64,000 nucleotides of DNA from Chthoniobacterales bacterium (GTDB taxonomy: Bacteria > Verrucomicrobiota > Verrucomicrobiia > Chthoniobacterales > DASVRZ01). The DNA lies in NCBI GenBank assembly GCA_036525185.1, contig DATDAW010000041.1, forward strand, positions 1,175 to 65,174. The letters are read 5' to 3'. A program made the translations under genes and the position numbers. The notes beneath the pieces were generated by a model that was given only the letters and a program-made list of their open reading frames with translations, did no database searches and was not told where the DNA came from. Within the stretch, counting starts at the first letter, position 1; each line of letters starts with the position of its first letter. Positions 57,048 through 64,000 of the stretch are shown here, piece by piece.

Positions 57048-58484
57048 ATGGTCTTGTGTATGAATGCACGGCCGTTTTTGCTCAATGGCGAATGGATTGT
57101 TTCGCACGAAACGATTGTGGTTCGCAACCCCTTTGATGGCAGCGACTTGGGAATGGTTTCCATCGCCAATGCAGAGCACATCGAGACCGCGGTGGCAGGA
57201 TGTGCATCGGCATTTCAAAAAACCCGGCGACAATCGGCGCGAGAGCGTTCGGAATTATTGCAGAATGTTCGATTTGAGATCGAAAAACGTGCCGAGGAGT
57301 TCGTCGATTTGTTGGTGAGGGAAGCTGGAAAACCGGTCGACCTGGCCAGGATCGAAGTTTCGAGAGCGCAACAGACGTTCGGATTCGCCGCGGCGGAGGC
57401 GCTGCGGCAGCGGGGAGAGCCGATTGCCATCGATGCCAGCGCGCCCGGCAAAGGGCACACCGGCTTCGTCCATCGCGTTCCGTTGGGAGTCATCCTCGGT
57501 ATTACGCCCTTCAATTTCCCACTCAACCTGGTCGCGCACAAAATTGCTCCCGCGTTGGCAACGGGGAACACGATTCTGGTGAAGCCGTCGTTGCGGACGC
57601 CTTTGATTTGTTTTTTGTTAGGCGAGGCGCTCGTCGAAGCGGGGATTCTATCCGGACAGGTTAACATTCTGACGTTTCATCACGACTTGCTAACTCCGTT
57701 GTTCACCGATCCGCGAATCAAGATGACGTCATTCACTGGAAGCGCCGCTGTCGGCTGGGGGATTAAAGCCCAAGCGGTGAAGCAGCGTGTCTGTCTTGAA
57801 CTTGGCGGCAACGCGGCGCTGATCATCCATAGTGATGCCGATTGGGAGAAGCGTCTGCCTTCCGTCGCCGCCGCATGCTTTGGGTATGCCGGGCAGTCGT
57901 GCATCAGTGTCCAGAGGATTTTCGTGCAGGAAAGTATTTACGAAACATTCAAGCAATCACTGGTCTGGTTTGCACAAGAAAAGGTGAAGGCCGGCGATCC
58001 GGCGCAATCGGGTGTGCTAGTGGGGCCCATGATCGATCCTTCGGCGCTGGAGAAAGTGACAAGTTGGATCGCGGCCGCCCAGGGCGCAGGCGCGAAATGT
58101 TGCATGCCACCGAAAGTGAATGGCAGATGCCTGCATCCCGTCGTTCTGGAGAATGTGCCATCCACCTCGGAAATTGCCTGCGAAGAGGCGTTTGCGCCGA
58201 TTGTGGTGCTTGAGCCGTATGAGGAATTCGAGGATGCGATCGTGAAAGTGAACGCCTCGCGATATGGATTGCAGGCGGGAGTTTTCACGAGCGACCTTGA
58301 GCTGGCGGAAAAAGCGTATCAGGAGATAGACGCCGGAGCGGTGCTCATCAATCAAACTCCCACATTTCGTGTGGAAAACATGCCGTATGGCGGGGTGAAA
58401 GACAGTGGATTTGGCAGGGAAGGCGTGGGTTATACGATGGAAGAGATGACGGAGATGAAGACGCTCATTGTGAATTATTTATGA
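57048..58484 (+). CDS. aldehyde dehydrogenase family protein
   Basis: ALDH motifs (FTGSAAVG, ELGGNAA, catalytic CISVQR). Confidence 0.8.
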   Translation: MVLCMNARPFLLNGEWIVSHETIVVRNPFDGSDLGMVSIANAEHIETAVAGCASAFQKTRRQSARERSELLQNVRFEIEKRAEEFVDLLVREAGKPVDLARIEVSRAQQTFGFAAAEALRQRGEPIAIDASAPGKGHTGFVHRVPLGVILGITPFNFPLNLVAHKIAPALATGNTILVKPSLRTPLICFLLGEALVEAGILSGQVNILTFHHDLLTPLFTDPRIKMTSFTGSAAVGWGIKAQAVKQRVCLELGGNAALIIHSDADWEKRLPSVAAACFGYAGQSCISVQRIFVQESIYETFKQSLVWFAQEKVKAGDPAQSGVLVGPMIDPSALEKVTSWIAAAQGAGAKCCMPPKVNGRCLHPVVLENVPSTSEIACEEAFAPIVVLEPYEEFEDAIVKVNASRYGLQAGVFTSDLELAEKAYQEIDAGAVLINQTPTFRVENMPYGGVKDSGFGREGVGYTMEEMTEMKTLIVNYL

Positions 58485-59950
58485 AGAACAATTACGTCAA
58501 TGGCAGATGGGTTGCATCTGCCTCCGGGAAAACACGCGAGATTCTCAATCCAGCCAACAATGAGGTGATTGACACAGTGACCGAGAGCGATGCCTCGGAT
58601 GCGGAAGCAGCGGTTGCCGCTGCAAGGGAGGCATTCGACCATGGCCCATGGGGATCTGCGCGGGCGCCGGAACGGGCGGCGAAGCTTTTCGCACTGGCCG
58701 ATTTGATCGACAAACATGCGGACGAACTTGCCCGGACGGATACGCTCAACAATGGCAAGCCCCTTCGCGAAGCACAATACGATGTGGCTGATACGGCGAG
58801 TTGTTTTCGGTACTACGCCGGGCTGGCAACGAAGCCGCAGGGTCAGACTTTCGAAACAGCCGATCCTAACATCGTTACTATGACGGTTCGCGAGCCAATC
58901 GGAGTTTGCGCGCAGATCATTCCGTGGAATTATCCGCTGCTCATGGCAGCCTGGAAACTTGCTCCGGGGCTTGCGGCTGGGAATTGCTGCATCTTGAAAC
59001 CGTCGGAGTTGACCCCGCTTTCCGCCGTGCGGTTGTTTGAATTTATCGACGAAGTTGGTTTTCCACCGGGTTCGGCAAATCTGGTTCTGGGAGCAGGCGA
59101 CCCTGTGGGAGCGACCTTGGCGGCAAGTCATGGCGTGGACAAGGTGGCATTCACCGGCGGCGGTGCCACGGGACGCAAAATCATGCATGCCGCGACAGGC
59201 AACTTGAAAAAGGTGACGCTCGAGCTCGGAGGAAAGAGCCCGAACATAATATTCGCGGACGCGCCATTCGAAGCTGCCGTCGAGTTTGCCATGTTCGGTA
59301 TTTTTGCCGGCCAGGGCGAAGTTTGCAGTGCCGGATCGAGACTCATTCTTGAACGGTCCGTGGCGGACAAATTCCTGCCGCGTCTCGCCGCCGCAGCGGA
59401 CAAGATTGTCGTTGGCGACGGGCTGGCACCGGACACTGAAATGGGACCACTTATTTCGCGGCAGCACCAGGCTAAAGTGCTTGGTTATATCGAAACCGGG
59501 AAAACGGAAGGTGCGGAGTTGCTTTGCGGCGGCAGCGCCTACGACGACGCGCGGGCGGCCGGAAACTTCGTGAGACCAACGGTTTTTGTGCAGACGACGC
59601 CGGAGATGAAAATTGTGCGTGAAGAAATATTCGGTCCCGTGTTAGTTGTGCAGCTGTTTGACACGGAGGAGGAAGCGGTGAAGCTGGCGAACGACACCGT
59701 TTACGGCCTGGCCGGAGCGGTTCATACATCGGATGGAGCGAAAGCCCAGCGGGTTATTGGGAAAATGCGCGCGGGAATAACCTGGATCAATCACTACCAT
59801 CCGACTTTCAACGAAGCGCCGTGGGGTGGTTATAAACAGTCCGGCATCGGTCGCGAGCTCGGAACGTACGGCTATGAAGCCTATACCGAGGTAAAGCAGA
59901 TCAATATCAACCTTGCCCCCGGACGTATCGGATGGTTTAAGAACGTCTGA
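58481..59950 (+). CDS. aldehyde dehydrogenase (betaine/aminobutyraldehyde type)
   Basis: IIPWNYPLLMAAWK, FTGGGATG, ELGGKSP, GEVCSAGSR. It overlaps the previous gene by 4 nt. Confidence 0.85.
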   Translation: MKNNYVNGRWVASASGKTREILNPANNEVIDTVTESDASDAEAAVAAAREAFDHGPWGSARAPERAAKLFALADLIDKHADELARTDTLNNGKPLREAQYDVADTASCFRYYAGLATKPQGQTFETADPNIVTMTVREPIGVCAQIIPWNYPLLMAAWKLAPGLAAGNCCILKPSELTPLSAVRLFEFIDEVGFPPGSANLVLGAGDPVGATLAASHGVDKVAFTGGGATGRKIMHAATGNLKKVTLELGGKSPNIIFADAPFEAAVEFAMFGIFAGQGEVCSAGSRLILERSVADKFLPRLAAAADKIVVGDGLAPDTEMGPLISRQHQAKVLGYIETGKTEGAELLCGGSAYDDARAAGNFVRPTVFVQTTPEMKIVREEIFGPVLVVQLFDTEEEAVKLANDTVYGLAGAVHTSDGAKAQRVIGKMRAGITWINHYHPTFNEAPWGGYKQSGIGRELGTYGYEAYTEVKQININLAPGRIGWFKNV

Positions 59951-59988
59951 CACCGCCCCGGCGCGGGCGTTCGTGATTCAGTTTTAAT

Positions 59989-61071
59989 ATGAACATGGTC
60001 GAACTTAGGGATATCTATAAGCGTTTTGGCAATTATGCGGCTGTTGATGGTGTTAGCCTGGATATCCGCGAGGGTGAATTTATGACATTTCTTGGGCCGT
60101 CGGGCTGCGGAAAGACGACCTGTCTGCGAATGATCAGCGGTTTCGAGCGGCCGACATCTGGAAGCGTTTGGCTCGGTGGCAAAGACGTAACGAACGTGCC
60201 GCCCTACGGGAGGGATGTGAACCAGGTTTTTCAGAGTTACGCGCTGTTTCCGCATCTGACTGTTGCTGAGAATGTTGCATTCGGACTCAAAATGAAAAGG
60301 GTTCCGGCTGCGGAGATTAAAAGGCGTGTGGACAAGGTGATTGAAAGTGTGTCGCTCGGGCCAATGGCGACGCGAAAACCGTCGCAACTTTCCGGCGGTC
60401 AACGTCAGCGAGTGGCTCTCGCGCGGGCGATCGTGTGCGAGCCGAAGGTACTGCTGTTGGATGAACCGCTTTCCGCGCTAGATGCAAAGCTGCGCCAGCA
60501 AATGCGGGTTGAATTAAAACATTTACAGAAAAAATTGGGCATTAGTTTCATTTTTGTGACGCACGACCAGGAGGAGGCGCTAACGATGTCCGATCGCGTG
60601 GCAGTCATGAGCCAGGGCAGAGTTGAGCAGATCGGCACTTCCGCGGATATCTATCACCGGCCCGCAACTCGATTTGTCGCGAGCTTCATTGGTGAAACCA
60701 ATATCGTGGGCGCGGAAGTAATTGGGACCGAAGATGACACTATCGTTTGCAAGTTGGAAGGCGGGTTAATACTGAAAGTGGCTGGGACAAATGGGTCGAC
60801 ACCTGGTCCGGGTAGTAAGTGGCTTGTTTCGTTACGGCCGGAAAAAATCCGACTTCAACACGAGCCGATGGAGGGAACGAACGTTTTCAAGGCGATGATC
60901 ACCGAGGAAACGTTTAAAGGCGCCGTTGATGATTTGACGATTATGACCGAAGGCGGCTTGGAGTTGCAAACCTTGGTCGCAAACGACGGGGTCGGCGAAT
61001 TGGAATTCGACCCTGGTGATGACGTCTGGTGCCGGTTGTATCCCGAGGATATTGTTTTGGTGAAAGAGTAA
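59989..61071 (+). CDS. PotA-like polyamine-type ABC transporter ATP-binding protein (no cognate permease or binding protein in the window)
   Basis: GPSGCGKTT, Q-loop, LSGGQRQRVALARA, LLLDEP, and a C-terminal TOBE-like domain. Confidence 0.8.
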   Translation: MNMVELRDIYKRFGNYAAVDGVSLDIREGEFMTFLGPSGCGKTTCLRMISGFERPTSGSVWLGGKDVTNVPPYGRDVNQVFQSYALFPHLTVAENVAFGLKMKRVPAAEIKRRVDKVIESVSLGPMATRKPSQLSGGQRQRVALARAIVCEPKVLLLDEPLSALDAKLRQQMRVELKHLQKKLGISFIFVTHDQEEALTMSDRVAVMSQGRVEQIGTSADIYHRPATRFVASFIGETNIVGAEVIGTEDDTIVCKLEGGLILKVAGTNGSTPGPGSKWLVSLRPEKIRLQHEPMEGTNVFKAMITEETFKGAVDDLTIMTEGGLELQTLVANDGVGELEFDPGDDVWCRLYPEDIVLVKE

Positions 61072-61152
61072 GTTGAGGCCGGCAGGAATGGTTGCGGCAA
61101 CGGACGGTGGCATGCCTTGTTGAGCGTCACCTTGGAATGGTGAGTGTGCGAG

Positions 61153-61866
61153 TCACCCTTGCAAGCTGGCAACGATGACACGGGCGGCGGCCACAGGATC
61201 GGCGGCAGCGGTGATCGGGCGACCAATGACCAGATAGTCCGCCCCTTGGGCCACGGCTTCGGGCGGAGTCATGATGCGTTTTTGGTCGTTTGCATCCGAG
61301 CCCGCGGGACGGATGCCGGGGATGACGAGTTTCATTTCGCGTGGAACAACAGCCCGGAGCAGAGCGACTTCGAGAGGACTGGCGACGAGTCCGCCTAGAC
61401 CGGCAGCGGCGGCGAGTTGGCTCAGGGATTCGACTTGTTCAGCAATCGGGCGCATGACGCCGGTTTCGGTAAGCGTTTGCTGGTTGGAGCTGGTGAGGAC
61501 GGTAACGCCGAGGACGCGCGTCGCTGATCCAGCGGCACCCCGAACCGCAGCAGCAAGCATTTCGTGACCGCCACTGGCGTGGACGGTCAGCATCTGGACA
61601 TCGAGAGCGATGGCAGATTCGACAGCATGGAGCACGGTGTTCGGAATATCGTGGAATTTGAGATCGAGAAAAACCCTCGCTCCGGTGCCACGGACGAGGC
61701 GGACGACTTCCGGGCCGTTGCGCGTAAAAAGTTGAAGGCCGATTTTGAACCAGCCAACCTCCGAAGCCAGCATTTCGACGAGGTGCAGGGCTTCCGCCGC
61801 CGTCGTGACGTCGAGAGGGACGATGATTTTCTCTTTTGCCTCGGCGACATTTTTCACAGGATGCAT
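61153..61866 (-). CDS. pyrF: orotidine 5'-phosphate decarboxylase
   Basis: IIVPLDV...FKIG...VFLDLKFHDIPNTV...VIGRPI. The start was trimmed to the ATG at 61866 inside ORF 61153..62139. Confidence 0.85.
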   Translation of the reverse strand: MHPVKNVAEAKEKIIVPLDVTTAAEALHLVEMLASEVGWFKIGLQLFTRNGPEVVRLVRGTGARVFLDLKFHDIPNTVLHAVESAIALDVQMLTVHASGGHEMLAAAVRGAAGSATRVLGVTVLTSSNQQTLTETGVMRPIAEQVESLSQLAAAAGLGGLVASPLEVALLRAVVPREMKLVIPGIRPAGSDANDQKRIMTPPEAVAQGADYLVIGRPITAAADPVAAARVIVASLQG

Positions 61867-61872
61867 GATTCG

Positions 61873-62706
61873 ATGAAGCGTTTTGCGCCTGCCAAAATCA
61901 ATCTTTCTCTCGAAGTGCTCGGAAAGCGGCCCGATGGATTTCATGATTTGCAAAGTCTCTTTTGTCCGATCTCGCTGGTCGACGAGTTGCATTTCGAAAG
62001 GGCGGATCGCTTTGGGTTTTCGTGTTCCGACCCGTCGATTCCGACGGATGAGACGAATCTGGTGGCCAAGGCTGCGAACTCGTTTGGAAACAGTGTTTTG
62101 CCGAATGTTCGGGTGCATTTGGAGAAACGCATTCCCCATAGTGCAGGCCTCGGCGGCGGGAGCAGTGACGCGGCGACGACTTTACTTGCATTGAACGAGC
62201 TCGCGCTGGAGCCGAAGTCTTTCGCGGAATTGTGTGAGACCGCGGCATTGCTGGGGTCGGACGTGCCCTTTTTTTTGCATCGATCCGCGGCTTGGTGCGA
62301 GGGCAGGGGAGAGCGGGTGACTCCCGTGAAGCTGGAAAGCCCATTCGCTGTGCTGCTTTTCAAGCCACCCTTTGGAGTGCCGACCCCATGGGCCTACAAG
62401 AATCTCGCTGGGAGCCGGGAGTTGCCGGGCATTTCCTACAGCCCGCAGCAAACGGTCGCCGGCGCGCTGGTAAATCATCTGGAGCGTCCGGTTTTTGAAA
62501 AATACGTGCTGCTCGCATTGGTGAAGAAATGGCTCCTCGGACAACCCGAAACTCTCGGCGCCCTGATGTCTGGATCAGGCTCCACGATGTTTGCTCTCGC
62601 GCGTACGCAGTCCGATGCGGAGGCGCTGCGCGAGCGGATTTTGGAGGAATTTGGGGCGGACAACTGGACGTGGGTCGGCAGCACAATGTCTTCTGACGGA
62701 TGGTGA
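61873..62706 (+). CDS. ispE: 4-(cytidine 5'-diphospho)-2-C-methyl-D-erythritol kinase
   Basis: MKRFAPAKINLSLEVLGKRPDGFHDL and the GHMP motif IPHSAGLGGGSSDAA. It is divergent from pyrF. Confidence 0.85.
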   Translation: MKRFAPAKINLSLEVLGKRPDGFHDLQSLFCPISLVDELHFERADRFGFSCSDPSIPTDETNLVAKAANSFGNSVLPNVRVHLEKRIPHSAGLGGGSSDAATTLLALNELALEPKSFAELCETAALLGSDVPFFLHRSAAWCEGRGERVTPVKLESPFAVLLFKPPFGVPTPWAYKNLAGSRELPGISYSPQQTVAGALVNHLERPVFEKYVLLALVKKWLLGQPETLGALMSGSGSTMFALARTQSDAEALRERILEEFGADNWTWVGSTMSSDGW

Positions 62707-62962
62707 GCCGCCCACCAAACGAACGCAAGCGGCGGCCCTTTCGTCGCTTCGCCGGGGCGATGTCTCTCAGCTCCAAAAGCATCTTGAGTCGGGGGCAGAT
62801 ATAAATGCTGTTGATAGGTTTGGAAGATCGACGCTCTATCATGCTCTGCCATGTAATAGATCAAAAGCTGTCGAAGTTTTAATAACTAAATATTTTAATG
62901 TAAACATAGGAGTAAGTGAAGGGAATGCGGCCCTATCCTTGGCGAAAAGCCCTTCTTGGTGA
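62707..62962 (+). pseudogene. ankyrin-repeat fragment without a usable start codon, in a low-GC patch
   Basis: LRRGDVSQLQKHLESGADINAVDRFGRSTLYHALPCNRSKAVEVLI fits about 1.5 ANK repeats. There is no in-frame ATG/GTG/TTG after the ispE stop. Confidence 0.3.
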
Positions 62963-63497
62963 TCTGTTTTGACCAAACGGAAAAAGGTAAGCATGGACAA
63001 GGACGCAAATGGCAATGAGTTTTGGGTGCACACGATCGGGTTGTCGAGGCCCGCAAAGCCGAGACAACGAATTGCTATGCCTAACAACACCGCTCCGTGC
63101 GGCAGCGGCGGTGTCTCGCTCGGCAAACTCGCGCACGACCCGCACCGCGACCACCTCGGCAAGCGGGACGCTAGCACCCACGAGAACCGGTGCATTGCTT
63201 GGACACCATAGCTTCACCCCATGGCGGCGAATGCAGGGAGGCGGACTGGCAGCCTCGTGGTGGGGATGAAATGGCTGCAGAATACGTGCACGGCCTGTTC
63301 AACGTGTGCCATCGCGCTGGGGTAGTGTCTTTGGCGACGGTTACAAGGCTATTCGGCTATACTAACCGAAGGGCGGCAGCTCGCGGGTATGATTCGGCAT
63401 TGGGGCGACGATCGCATGACCTGGCGCGGGCTGATGAACTGCTGGTGGAGGGTTGGGCAAAGGCCGGGATGAGCGAGAACGAACTGCGTGGCGGTGT

Positions 63498-63707
63498 GAG
63501 GCAAATCTGGTCGTCAAGGCCGCGAACTGGTTCGGGAACGGTACGCGGAATTGCTGGGGTTGGAGGTGCCCTTTTTCCATCGATCCCCCTGAGTGGTGTC
63601 AGAGAAGGGGAGAGCGGGTGAGTCCACTGCTCCAGTAAGACTGGCCCGGAACAAACGGTCGCCGGCATGCTGGTAAATCATTTGGAGCGTCCGGTTTTTA
63701 AAAAATA
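63498..63707 (+). pseudogene. decayed partial second copy of ispE
   Basis: EANLVVKAANWFGN / LLGLEVPFFHRS..WCQRRGERVSP / QTVAGMLVNHLERPVF. These match ispE segments ETNLVAKAANSFGN / LLGSDVPFFLHRSAAWCEGRGERVTP / QTVAGALVNHLERPVF at the DNA level too, with large internal deletions. Confidence 0.7.
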
Positions 63708-63734
63708 GCAAAATAGCTGCTGCAGAGGAGCAAA

Positions 63735-64000
63735 ATGAGTGCACCAATTTCTAGCAATCGATGCGTGCCAAAAACGGAAACTGGAGCGAGAATGCAGCTT
63801 ATGAACCCCATGATCGACCCCGGAAATGCTTCTTTTGACATTGAGGACTGCGAGGACGTCATCGGCATGGTGAAAACCTTGGTCGATGGCAGGCGCCCAG
63901 GTATCCTCGGCACCGTGGATAAGGAGGGCAAGCCGCATGTGCGGTGGATGGCAACCTTCTCCTTTTCTGAATTCCCAATATTCCATACGCTGACGCATCC
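63735..64000 (+). CDS. pyridoxamine 5'-phosphate oxidase-like (general stress protein 26 type) protein, 5' part only
   Basis: From the ATG at 63735 the frame stays open to the window end. ...VKTLVDGRRPGILGTVDKEGKPHVRWMATFSF resembles PNPOx-like FMN-binding proteins. It is absent from the ORF track because no stop lies in the window. Confidence 0.5.
   Translation, partial: MSAPISSNRCVPKTETGARMQLMNPMIDPGNASFDIEDCEDVIGMVKTLVDGRRPGILGTVDKEGKPHVRWMATFSFSEFPIFHTLTH

Noticed and set aside
63080-63130. SEC-C-like metal-binding motif (NTAPCGSGG) in ORF 62969..63211
   Set aside because: It lacks the second Cys pair and the basic residues of the SEC-C motif (PCPCGSGKKYKKCC). It is probably chance or heavily decayed.

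Overview
GC-rich bacterial chromosomal window, mostly housekeeping and nutrient-acquisition genes, with three short patches of decayed accessory DNA. The gene content hints at a Verrucomicrobiota/Planctomycetota-like soil organism: a Ser/Thr kinase fused to an FGE domain, few Shine-Dalgarno sites, and LpxR. That is inference only. Gene order is as follows. (1) MFS tail, OprB-type porin, an LpxL-like acyltransferase coupled to a halogenase-like flavoenzyme, LptF/G permease, thioesterase, DUF167. (2) A sugar block: two large secreted (alpha/alpha)6 GH15-type hydrolases, xylFGH, a 299-aa unknown protein, and an AraC regulator. (3) Pseudogene debris, LpxR, and a 2.5-kb scar of a type I R-M locus that still holds an intact XRE-ImmA/IrrE plus PIN gene pair. 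(4) lipA, a GT2, a secreted protein with a Pro/Thr tail, a polysaccharide deacetylase, DUF1697, guaA, cyclophilin, an RRM protein, ribE, DJ-1, a DUF3365 heme protein and the STK-FGE kinase. (5) A LysR regulator and a 15-kb nitrate-assimilation cluster: three NrtA paralogs, nrtB, two ATPases, a porin, a CysJ-like flavoprotein, NirA, an FeS/DmsC-like membrane protein and NasA. (6) glcF/glcD, two aldehyde dehydrogenases, an orphan PotA-like ATPase, pyrF, ispE, a low-GC insertion followed by a decayed second ispE copy, and the start of a PNPOx-like gene. I saw no rRNA, tRNA or CRISPR array. The most unusual signals are these. First, a ~230-bp leader is duplicated at about 90% identity in front of both otherwise dissimilar GH15-type genes. 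Its first ~40 nt form a box that occurs four times and brackets each hydrolase gene. Second, an integron-type remnant lies between the two hydrolase genes: an IntI fragment, a frameshifted hicA and an attC-like site. Third, identical 32-bp hairpin repeats flank the R-M scar that holds the XRE-ImmA/PIN pair. All family calls come from motif recognition by eye. No database search was possible.
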